NCBI GenBank assembly: GCA_963829525.1
Contig: CAWHIJ010000003.1
Location: 2,432,001 to 2,496,000 of the forward strand
Source: an uncultured Actinomycetota bacterium
GTDB taxonomy: Bacteria; Actinomycetota; Actinomycetes; JAHEKZ01
Length of the DNA: 64,000 nt
Direction of reading: 5' to 3'
The stretch's first letter is position 1. Every line of letters starts with the position of its first letter. Below, one piece after another: positions 55,124 through 63,426 of the stretch. The notes beneath the pieces were generated by a model. The model had not been told where the DNA came from and ran no database searches. It saw nothing but the letters and a program-made list of their open reading frames with translations. Position numbers and translations under genes: made by a program.

Positions 55124-55669
55124 TCACTCCCCAATCTGCAACTTGCCGCTCTTGGAAACTGAGGGGTCTGTGCAGGCCGACAGGTCGAAGCAGCATGGTC
55201 GCCGCTTACCACTGTCCAACTTGGAGATGCTCACCTCGATGCGCCGTTGGCGCGTTGCCGAGTTGGCGGTCGCGTTCACCCATCGCACCCACTCCCAGCG
55301 CGCCATCGGCGTGATGTCTCGCCACCGCTCCTGCACCTCCGCAGGCGCGGCTTCGAGGGCGGTCTCCACGTCCAGCGGCACCTCCGGCTCCGGCCACTCG
55401 CGCGTGGGTTCGATGACGACGCTGACACGGTGCCCGGTCTCGAGGCCGGCAGCCTGTCGGAGTTCGGGCTGGATCCTGATCCAGTGGCCTTTGAACCCAT
55501 CGGGTTCAACGACCGTCTGGAACTCGTGGCCGTTCAACGTCCCGTGGACCGCAACCTGCCCCCGGGAAGGCAGACCTCGGCTCGCTGACTCCGGCAGCCG
55601 AACGATGGCCGTTGGACCCGCGACGCTGACCGAGGACTCGAACTGAACCACGCTTACCTTGACACTCAT
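55124..55669 (-). CDS. DUF1905 + YdeI/OmpD-associated domain protein
   Basis: LPSRGQVAV.G, EPDG..GHW, WPEPEVP.D, ARWEWVRWV, GKRRPCCF. Confidence 0.85.
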   Translation of the reverse strand: MSVKVSVVQFESSVSVAGPTAIVRLPESASRGLPSRGQVAVHGTLNGHEFQTVVEPDGFKGHWIRIQPELRQAAGLETGHRVSVVIEPTREWPEPEVPLDVETALEAAPAEVQERWRDITPMARWEWVRWVNATANSATRQRRIEVSISKLDSGKRRPCCFDLSACTDPSVSKSGKLQIGE

Positions 55670-55728
55670 GGTTGTCATGCTGCCATGAGCCCATCGCCAC
55701 GTGTCGCTTGCGGAGGATCTCCCGTTTC

Positions 55729-56052
55729 TCAGACGGGCCGGGTCGTGTCTGGTGAGTTCCACGGCCAAAGGCCGGACTGCCGCATGCACGTCTCAGCCGA
55801 GTCGAGTGCGATCACTGCCGAGGGTCCCGCCCGGGCAAGTACGTCGGTGCGCCATTGGTCAGCGGACATGCCGTCCGCAGCAGCGGCTGCCGCGACTTCG
55901 GACAGATGCTTGATATGCGGTCCGCACGATGCGCGGTCAAGGCCCTCGACCTGGCCGGAGGGGCTGGCAAGGACCTCCGCGTACGCCGCAGCGAGCGCTT
56001 CGTGCACGTGCGCCAAGCTTGGATGGCTTCCCTCACCCGTGTGTTCTGACAT
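55729..56052 (-). CDS. Hypothetical protein
   Basis: About 107-aa ORF with GC-biased codons, GAAGGG RBS-like sequence, and a C-terminal CMRQSGLWPW. Confidence 0.55.
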   Translation of the reverse strand: MSEHTGEGSHPSLAHVHEALAAAYAEVLASPSGQVEGLDRASCGPHIKHLSEVAAAAAADGMSADQWRTDVLARAGPSAVIALDSAETCMRQSGLWPWNSPDTTRPV

Positions 56053-56305
56053 CAACTAGCCCTTCATGGCGACGGTGAGAAGAACAGCGAAACCTCGAGT
56101 GCCGGGAGGCTGTGGCGTGCTGGGGGGGATCACGATCCGCGCTGCTCGTCGTCTTCGGACGCGTCCTGCTGTACTCCGAGCTAGCCTTGACTCTACTCGC
56201 CCTTACGCAGACCGTCCTTCGAGGACTCCGCGAGGATTGGCCTCAGAGCCCGACGCTTCAGGTCCATCTCAGGACGTACCAGTCGAACCCAGGAGACATG
56301 TGCCA

Positions 56306-56668
56306 ATGGCTGACAAGCATCGAGTGAAGGTTGGCCGTGCCTACGATCCGCGGGCGAGGGGAGACGGCGCCCGTGTACTCGTCGACCGCATCTGGCCCCG
56401 GGGACTGAGCAAAGAGAAGGCCGACCTCGATGAATGGTGCAAGCAGGTCGCTCCGTCGACCGAACTCCGGAAATGGTATGCCCACGATCCGGCGCGCTTC
56501 GACGAGTTCAGTCGCCGATACCGTGCCGAGCTCCAAGAATCGGAGCGAGCCGAGGTCTTACAGCACCTGCGCGCCCTAGCGAAGCGCCGAAACCTCACAC
56601 TGCTCACCGCCACCAAACACTCAGACATCAGCGAGGCCGCAGTGCTCGCCAACCTTCTCAGGAAATGA
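56306..56668 (+). CDS. DUF488 family protein (YeaO-like)
   Basis: RAYDP, RVLVDRIWPRGL.KE, W.K.VAPSTELRKWY.HDP. Confidence 0.93.
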   Translation: MADKHRVKVGRAYDPRARGDGARVLVDRIWPRGLSKEKADLDEWCKQVAPSTELRKWYAHDPARFDEFSRRYRAELQESERAEVLQHLRALAKRRNLTLLTATKHSDISEAAVLANLLRK

Positions 56669-56671
56669 TCA

Positions 56672-56800
56672 GTTCGCCTCGACGTCGTGGTCAGGCAGAA
56701 GAGGTGTCCCGCAGGGTCGGCGAAGACCAGGCAGTGCTCGGCGTTGGGCTGAAACTCGAAGCGGACGGCACCCGCCTGTTTGACTGTCTGCTCAGCAGCG
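56672..56800 (-). pseudogene. C-terminal remnant of a VOC/glyoxalase-like gene
   Basis: Manual translation AAEQTVKQAGAVRFEFQPNAEHCLVFADPAGHLFCL (DPAGHxFCL motif); no start codon or N-terminal half before the upstream gene. Confidence 0.65.
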
Positions 56801-56846
56801 GGCCTTCGGATGGATCTTTCCCCTCGCCTAGTGGCTCGATGCTCCG

Positions 56847-57566
56847 CTAGGACTCGTCAACCGCGTCGCGGTTCTGCTGGGTGAGGATTCCGATCAGGAG
56901 ACCGACGAAGGTGACCAGGTAGAGCTGGCCGATGACTGCTTCGGCGTTCGCGAACAACCGGCCGGGCTGGGCCACGGCATACAGGTCGCCGTAGCCGACG
57001 GTGGTGATCGTGGTGAGGCTGAAGTACATGAGATCTGAGGTTGGTTCCACCTGAGCGAAGAAGGGCGATGTACCAGCGATGTTGATGGTCAAGAAAGCGT
57101 AGAAGAACGCCACCGCGATGAGTAGGTAGACCGAGACCGCGCCCAACAGGGTCTGACGGCTGACCCGCCGATGGGTCAGAAGCCTCCGGACCACCACGAT
57201 AGGAGCCAAGATGGCCAGGACCAGGGTGAAGGCCGGCGGTGTATTCGCGGCTCCCTGCGCTGTGAGGCCCGGTCCGCCGACGATCAGAACGAACGCCGAG
57301 AGGGCGACGCCCACCACAACGAGGATGTCAGCGACCCGCCGCCAACGCCGTCTGACGCCTGCCGCTCGCAGCGCAACGAGCAGGGCCAAAGCAGTGAGCG
57401 ATGAAGCGACAAGACCCGCAGCTTGCTGTGGCCGGTCGAACTCAAGGTCTGACAAGTCCACGAACGACAGCAGGATGACCGAGGTGACGGTAAGAGCGAG
57501 CAGCAGCCCGAACCGGTCGAGGTAGTGCGACTGGTCGTCGAAGATGACCCGTTGATCCATTCTCAC
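56847..57566 (-). CDS. Potassium-channel-family membrane protein (Ion_trans_2)
   Basis: YFSLTTITTVGYGD selectivity filter; EAVIGQLYL; additional N-terminal TM segments. Confidence 0.9.
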   Translation of the reverse strand: MRMDQRVIFDDQSHYLDRFGLLLALTVTSVILLSFVDLSDLEFDRPQQAAGLVASSLTALALLVALRAAGVRRRWRRVADILVVVGVALSAFVLIVGGPGLTAQGAANTPPAFTLVLAILAPIVVVRRLLTHRRVSRQTLLGAVSVYLLIAVAFFYAFLTINIAGTSPFFAQVEPTSDLMYFSLTTITTVGYGDLYAVAQPGRLFANAEAVIGQLYLVTFVGLLIGILTQQNRDAVDES

Positions 57567-57589
57567 ACCGTTGTCTCTGGACGACCGCG

Positions 57590-58099
57590 TTAGTCGTGCT
57601 CAACCCAGCGATCCACCGCCCACATCACGGCCAGAGCGAGGGCAGGATCGACCCCATCGGCCACATCAATGGTGTAGGAGTCGCGGACGGTCACCCACTT
57701 CTGGGTGATGTTGACGATGGGCTTGCCCTCAGACGTAATCGTGTAGTTCTTCTCGAAGATCTCACCCTGGAGTGCCCACGGCTCGCCCGAGGTGGTCTGC
57801 AGGGTCATCTTGGTCTTGATGGGAGAGAACGTCTTGGCGTGAAGAGAGGCGACCTCGTTCCCCTCTGCGTTGCTAATGGTCATGCGCTTGGGGATGCCCA
57901 GCAGTTTGCCTCTGACCTGATAGACGTCGTTCCCAGCTGTGTCCTTGACCTCGGCCTTCGGTCGGGCGCCGATGTGCCCGTCGATAAAGAACTTGTCTTC
58001 CTCGGTGGCGGGGTCAAACACCCGATAGTCGCCCCCCGCGCCGAACTTGCTCTTCATCTGGTAGCGGGTCCATCCGGCAGGAACAGGCGGCATGGCCAC
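57590..58099 (-). CDS. LURP-one/scramblase-like (Tubby C-like) protein
   Basis: G.DYRV.D, KFFIDG, ITQKWVTVRDSYTIDV, ALALAV..AVD; GAGGAG RBS. Confidence 0.85.
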   Translation of the reverse strand: MAMPPVPAGWTRYQMKSKFGAGGDYRVFDPATEEDKFFIDGHIGARPKAEVKDTAGNDVYQVRGKLLGIPKRMTISNAEGNEVASLHAKTFSPIKTKMTLQTTSGEPWALQGEIFEKNYTITSEGKPIVNITQKWVTVRDSYTIDVADGVDPALALAVMWAVDRWVEHD

Positions 58100-58276
58100 A
58101 GCTTGATCTCCTCACGCAACGCAGACTCCGGGCAGCGATTCCGGCGAGGCTACCGAACAACCTAACGCGGCGCCCGCGAGAAGCGAGCGCGAATGCAGGG
58201 TTACCGCTCGCCCAGACGGCGAAACGGGCTCTTCGGCTCACAAACTCATGGGGCCCGACGTCCTGAGAGCAAGCTC

Positions 58277-58311
58277 TTGACAGTGGTAATCCTGATCAGC
58301 ATGCTGATCAG
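58277..58311 (+). promoter_or_regulatory. Housekeeping-sigma promoter for a leaderless mRNA, overlapped by a perfect 20-bp palindrome
   Basis: TTGACA (58277-58282), 17 bp spacer, CATGCT (58300-58305), 6 nt to ATG 58312; palindrome CTGATCAGCATGCTGATCAG at 58292-58311. Confidence 0.75.
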
Positions 58312-59187
58312 ATGAGTCCGCTACCTGCCAGCAACCGTGGGCACCCCGAGCACTTCGACGTCCGCAGGTTTGGACAGGAGCTCAGAGACCGCCGCGAAGC
58401 GCTCGGTTACTCGACCCGTCAGATGGCTCGAATCGCCGGAGTCTCCCAGGCATATGTCGTTGCGCTGGAGGGCTCGAAGTCGTCACGCGATTCCTCTGGC
58501 CCCTGTCCGACTGTCGAGGTGCTCGTCAGCTTCGCCGCTGCGCTTCGCCTTCCCTCTTCCGAGCTTCTGCAGTCGTCTCTGCGCCGTAGCGGGCCTCACG
58601 TGCTCCTCGTCACTGAGGGTGCGGGCACCGACGAGCTCGAGGCCGCGATCTCCCAAGTCAAGGGTGTCGGCATGTGGATTACGGCTGGAGGACAAGCAGA
58701 TTTCGGCGGGCGATGGCCGCACATCAACCTGCACTCCAGCGATGAGCCGGGGTACGCACTGGACACCATTGCCGTCGAGCTGCGTCGAGGGCTGTCGGAC
58801 TTGTCCTCGCAGGCCAAAGGCCGACGCGTCGGCCTGGCCTTCTCTGAACCGGATTCAGTGCTGCTGGGATCCACCGACGAGGTGCTTGAGGTCGAACACC
58901 ACTGGAAGGCGATGGTGAGCCGATCGCTCTGGGCGGTCGACGCCGAACCAACTGCGACCTTGTGCGTGTACCAGCTCGAAGTCGTCCGACGCATGCCGGA
59001 CCCATTGGAAGCGAGCCTGGACCTCATCCGGAGCCACGACTCCGTGTGGACCCTCAACGGCGAGAGAACGTCGCGCGGGCGCCGGGCCGCGATGCGGCTG
59101 CTTCAAGGCGTACGACCACCAGGAAGACGGGCAGACGAATGGCGCCTTGCCTGTACCCAGCACCTCGACCGCCTCACCGCGGCGTGA
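58312..59187 (+). CDS. XRE-family HTH regulator with a C-terminal MEDS-like sensor domain
   Basis: FGQELRDRREALGYSTRQMARIAGVSQAYVVALE HTH; C-terminal H-x-LLV...E.E...LCVYQ...LDLIRSHDSV pattern resembling MEDS. Confidence 0.75.
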   Translation: MSPLPASNRGHPEHFDVRRFGQELRDRREALGYSTRQMARIAGVSQAYVVALEGSKSSRDSSGPCPTVEVLVSFAAALRLPSSELLQSSLRRSGPHVLLVTEGAGTDELEAAISQVKGVGMWITAGGQADFGGRWPHINLHSSDEPGYALDTIAVELRRGLSDLSSQAKGRRVGLAFSEPDSVLLGSTDEVLEVEHHWKAMVSRSLWAVDAEPTATLCVYQLEVVRRMPDPLEASLDLIRSHDSVWTLNGERTSRGRRAAMRLLQGVRPPGRRADEWRLACTQHLDRLTAA

Positions 59188-59205
59188 TCAGAAAGGACCG
59201 AACCC

Positions 59206-60393
59206 GTGACCACCTGCATCCACTCTGACACCAGAGACCCGGTGTCCATCAGCTCCCGTCGATTTGAACAGTCCCCGTACCACGGCCTCTACGCCAACGA
59301 TCAGACGGTGCTCGGCGTGTACGCCGGGCGCTTCTATCCCGTGGACAACGGTGAAGACCTGTCGAGTACCTACTGGAAGCTACGACGCGAGGCCGTTCTC
59401 TACGACGTGCCCGAGAAGCCTTGGCAGATCGAGGGCCCCGACGTCCTTCCCTTCCTGGAGCGGGTCTTCTCCCGACGCATCAGCGACCTCAAGGTGGGGC
59501 GTGGTCGTTACGCCATCGCGTGCACAGAATCCGGTGGCACCTTCATGGACGGCGTCCTCTTCCGGCTGGGAGACACCCGGTACTGGTACGTACAGCCAGA
59601 AGGTGAGCTGCAGTCTTGGCTCACCGCACACAGCGCCGGCTTCGATGTAAAGGTCTCGGACCCACAGTCACGAGTCCTGCAGATTCAGGGTCCCCGTTCG
59701 ATGGAGATCATGTCCGATGCCACCGCCGGCGCGATTGATCCCTCGATGAAGTACTTCCACGCAGGACACTTCGATGTGGGAGGTCAGACCGTCTATGTGT
59801 CGCGCACCGGGTGGACCGGCGAAGTGGGTTACGAGATCTACTCCAACCCCGACACCGATCATCCCCGTCTGTGGCGCGATGTCGTGTCCGCGGGCGAGGG
59901 CCACGGAATGGTCTTCGGCAGTACCAAGTCGATGAGTGTACGGCGCATTGAAGCAGGGATTCTCGACAACCTCACCGACTTCGACACCTCCATGACCCCG
60001 TACCAGGCGGGCCTTGGTGGCTTCGTCGACCTGGACAAGGAAGGCTTCATCGGACGTGAGGCCCTGCTCACCGCCGACCGTCGCTCGACTCTCCTCGGAG
60101 TGAGATGCGCGACCGCCGTCCCACAATATCGGGGGGATGTCCTGAACGAGGGAGCCGCAATCGGCAGCATCACTGCCTCCGCGTGGTCACCGACTCTCGA
60201 GTGCGGAATCGGCTACGTCAGGTTTCGCCACGCCAACGACTGGGTCGGCCGCAGGGTGACCGTTGCCACTGAGGACGGCAGTACCGCTCCGGGCGAGGTC
60301 GTCCCCCTGCCCTTCTTCGATCAGGAGAAGCGCATTCCCAGGGGGGCCTCTTCACCGGCTGACGACATGGCGTCGAGGGCGACCCGATCCTGA
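59206..60393 (+). CDS. Stand-alone GcvT-family THF-dependent demethylase/aminomethyltransferase (DmdA-like)
   Basis: SRRFEQSPY, LYDVPEKPWQIEGPD, LQIQGPRS, VSRTGWTGEVGYEIY, RRIEAGIL, PFFDQEKRIPR. Confidence 0.88.
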   Translation: MTTCIHSDTRDPVSISSRRFEQSPYHGLYANDQTVLGVYAGRFYPVDNGEDLSSTYWKLRREAVLYDVPEKPWQIEGPDVLPFLERVFSRRISDLKVGRGRYAIACTESGGTFMDGVLFRLGDTRYWYVQPEGELQSWLTAHSAGFDVKVSDPQSRVLQIQGPRSMEIMSDATAGAIDPSMKYFHAGHFDVGGQTVYVSRTGWTGEVGYEIYSNPDTDHPRLWRDVVSAGEGHGMVFGSTKSMSVRRIEAGILDNLTDFDTSMTPYQAGLGGFVDLDKEGFIGREALLTADRRSTLLGVRCATAVPQYRGDVLNEGAAIGSITASAWSPTLECGIGYVRFRHANDWVGRRVTVATEDGSTAPGEVVPLPFFDQEKRIPRGASSPADDMASRATRS

Positions 60394-60507
60394 CCAGCAA
60401 CGCAGTGGGCTCGGTGTGACGCGCGGCACCGGGCCATGCCCTCACCGGGGCTCAGCTGCAGATCGACACACACAACCAGCGACCCGCGTAGCGATGACGG
60501 TGCCCCA

Positions 60508-60882
60508 CTACTCGTGACCGAGCAGGGCCGTCCCGTCGGGATTGTCGATGATGTATTTCCAGGTGCCGTCAGACTGACGGCGCACGACCTCGGCCGTGGC
60601 TCCTGAAGGGGCCGACCCGTCGGGCATCTGCATGGTCCACGGCGTGTGGATCAGGGCCAAATCAGCGGCAGAGAAGACAAGGGACTCTCCGAAGGAGAGC
60701 TTGGCACCGGAATCGAGGTATGCCTTGAGGGTTGCCCGGATCTCGTCGTGCCCGGTCGAGGTGCCGCGTGGCGTCGGAAAGACAGCATCCTCGGTGTACA
60801 GGGACATCAACCCCTCCAGGTCGCCCTCGTTGAAGTAACGCTCGAAGAGGGTGCTCGCCTCGGCTGGTTCATGTGCCTTCAT
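60508..60882 (-). CDS. NTF2-like/SnoaL (YybH-type) protein
   Basis: FNEGDLEGLMSLYTEDAVF, AEVVRRQSDGTWKYIIDNP. Confidence 0.88.
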   Translation of the reverse strand: MKAHEPAEASTLFERYFNEGDLEGLMSLYTEDAVFPTPRGTSTGHDEIRATLKAYLDSGAKLSFGESLVFSAADLALIHTPWTMQMPDGSAPSGATAEVVRRQSDGTWKYIIDNPDGTALLGHE

Positions 60883-61032
60883 GGGGTCCCTTCTGCGCCT
60901 GCGGATCGCGGCAGGGTACCAGGCCTTTTCTGGGGCTAGAGGACGTCCACCGGGTCGATCGGTGTACTGAAGAACGACAACGCCACCGGACTCGACCGAG
61001 GCCGGCGCGATCGTTCGTCGATGACGTGGTGG

Positions 61033-63030
61033 CTATCCGCCGCTGCTGTCAGCGAGATCGCGGTAGGCGAACGCATCCGCCGGGACGGCGGCCGCGTCCG
61101 GGGTGCTGCCGGGCATGATCGCGAAGGTCGGCTGGAACTGGGTCAGGACGCCAGCGAGGGTGAGCAGGATCGTCGGGTCGCCCTCGATCACTGCGGTTCC
61201 GCTGGCCACCTGCTGCTGGAGAGGGGCGATCCCGATCATGGCGTTCTCCAGGTCGGTCCGGTCGATCGTCAGCGTGATATCCGGATCGTCGGCGAGGAAT
61301 CCCTGGAGGCTGGTCAGCGTGCCGTTGCTGAGCTCGACGACGAAGTCCTCGCCGTTGTCGGGGGTGCGCATGTTCATCACGAACGCGGCGTCGCCCACCG
61401 CGGCCGAGTCCAGCCGGATGCCGAGGTAGTCGAGGAACTGCAGGGTGCTGAGCGCGCGCACTAGGTCCGGGCCCGTGCTTGAGGGGGCGGTGCCCGACGG
61501 GATCCCGGACCTTAGCTCGAGAGCCGCGGCGAGGAAGCTGTTGCGGACGCTCGGGCTCTCCTGCTGGTAGCCCACCTGCTCGAACGCGTCTGCAAGCATC
61601 CGTCGGCCGGCGACGTTCTCGGGCTCGCCGTAGACGAGCTTGTTGAGCACCTCGATTGCGAGCAGGTAGTCGCCGCCTTCCATCAGCTGCGCGGCGCGCG
61701 CCATGATGGCGTCCGCTCCGCCCATCATCTCGACGTACAGCGGTGCAGACTCCCGGGGTGCCAGCGGGATGAGGGTGGCCGGGTTGCCGTCCCAGTAGCC
61801 CAGGTAGCGGTTCACGACCGCGCGGGAGTTGTGCTCGACAGATCCGTGGTAGCTGCGTGCCGCCCAGCTGTGCTGCAGCGACTCGGGCACCTGGTAGACG
61901 CGGTGGATCTCGTTGATCGTGACACCCTGGTTGGCGAGGTGCATGACTCCGTTGTTGAGGTTCGCGTAGGTGTCACGCTGGGTGCGCATGACCTCCTGGA
62001 TGCGGTCGTTGCCCCAACGGGGCCACGTGTGCGACGCGAACATGACCTCGGCGTCCTTGCCGAACAGGTAGATCGCCTTGTTGATCTGACGTGACCACTC
62101 GAGGGCGTCGCGCACGAGCGCTCCGCGCAGCGTGTAGATGTTGTGGATCGTGGCGACAATGTTCTCCGCCGCCCAGAATGCCTTCCAGTCGGGGAACCAG
62201 GTGTTCATCTCCGCGGGGGCCTCGGTCCCCGGCGTGTTCTGGAACACCATCCGTACGCCGTCGACCGTGAGCTCCTCGATGGCGTCGACGATGTCGATGG
62301 TGGGGGGGATCAGACCGGACGTTCCGGCCGCCACGCCCTTGCCGATGGCCTGGTCGACATGGCCGTACGGACTGCGGTCGAGCAGCGTCCCGTACTGGTA
62401 GAACATGCGCCGGTTCATCGCGTTGCCGGCGTAGACGTTCTCGGCGACCGCGTGCTCGAGGAACCCCACGGGTGCGATCACCGGGACCTTGCCCGACCGG
62501 ACGTCGGCCTCGTCGACCACGCCGTGCGCGCCGCCGAAGTGGTCGCCGTGCGAGTGGGAGTAGACGACCGCCACCACCGGTCGGTGACCGAGATGCTTGT
62601 TCACCAGGGCGAGCGCGGCGGCCGCGGTCTCCTTGGCGGTAAGCGGATCGAACACGATCCAGCCCGTGTCTGAGCGGATGAAGGAGATGTTCGCCAGGTC
62701 GAAGCCGCGCACCTGGTAAATCCGGTCGGGCAGGACCTCGAACAGGCCGTACTCCATGTTGAGGATCGCCTGCCGCTGCAGGGACGGGTGGATCGACTCG
62801 AACTCCTCGCCGGCGAGCAGGAAGTCGTAGGCCCCGATATCCCAGGCGACATGACCTGCCTCCGCCATAATCTGCCGATACGACGGCGCCGCGAGGAAAC
62901 CGCGACGGGCCTCCTCGAAGTCGCGGTCGTCATCGAAGGGCAGCCGAGCCTTCGTCGCTGCGCGCACGGCTGACGTCGCTGACGACGGCGCCTTGCCCAA
63001 CTCGTGGAAGTGCTCGAACTCCATGGCCAT
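61033..63030 (-). CDS. Alkyl/aryl sulfatase of the SdsA1/BDS1 type (MBL + dimerisation + SCP2-like domains), no signal peptide
   Basis: IYQVRGFDLAN, YSHSHGDHFGG, TPGTEAPAEM, HNIYTLRGA.VRD, YLGYWDGNP. Confidence 0.94.
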   Translation of the reverse strand: MAMEFEHFHELGKAPSSATSAVRAATKARLPFDDDRDFEEARRGFLAAPSYRQIMAEAGHVAWDIGAYDFLLAGEEFESIHPSLQRQAILNMEYGLFEVLPDRIYQVRGFDLANISFIRSDTGWIVFDPLTAKETAAAALALVNKHLGHRPVVAVVYSHSHGDHFGGAHGVVDEADVRSGKVPVIAPVGFLEHAVAENVYAGNAMNRRMFYQYGTLLDRSPYGHVDQAIGKGVAAGTSGLIPPTIDIVDAIEELTVDGVRMVFQNTPGTEAPAEMNTWFPDWKAFWAAENIVATIHNIYTLRGALVRDALEWSRQINKAIYLFGKDAEVMFASHTWPRWGNDRIQEVMRTQRDTYANLNNGVMHLANQGVTINEIHRVYQVPESLQHSWAARSYHGSVEHNSRAVVNRYLGYWDGNPATLIPLAPRESAPLYVEMMGGADAIMARAAQLMEGGDYLLAIEVLNKLVYGEPENVAGRRMLADAFEQVGYQQESPSVRNSFLAAALELRSGIPSGTAPSSTGPDLVRALSTLQFLDYLGIRLDSAAVGDAAFVMNMRTPDNGEDFVVELSNGTLTSLQGFLADDPDITLTIDRTDLENAMIGIAPLQQQVASGTAVIEGDPTILLTLAGVLTQFQPTFAIMPGSTPDAAAVPADAFAYRDLADSSGG

Positions 63031-63182
63031 CCGCCCGTTCCGGTGCCCTCACGGGACCCGGCTGGCCCCGCGACGACACTAGGGCACGGTCGCGCTGCTT
63101 GCCTTCCGTAGTACAAACTGATGCGGCCCGAATGCGTCGGACCCCATCACTATTTCCCTGAATGGGTCAGCAGTTCTTCGTG

Positions 63183-63204
63183 TAACCCCCCAAGTGGGGG
63201 GTTA
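63183..63204. repeat. Perfect inverted repeat TAACCCCCC-AAGT-GGGGGGTTA
   Basis: 9-bp arms with a 4-nt spacer in a divergent intergenic region. Confidence 0.8.
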
Positions 63205-63426
63205 ACGGAAATGACCTTTGCCCAGGTGGGGAGCCTGCATGGTGCAGGCCAAACCAGCCGCTGCTCAACGCCGTGACTGCCGGGTTCCCTCGGCACGGGC
63301 CGACCGTCGCATAAAGCTGACCTAGACGGTGCGAGCGATAGTGCCGGTTCCTGCCGCCTAACGGCACTTCGCGGAGTCCGCCGGATCGGTACGCTCTACA
63401 CGCGGGGATGAGATGGAGGCGCGTCG

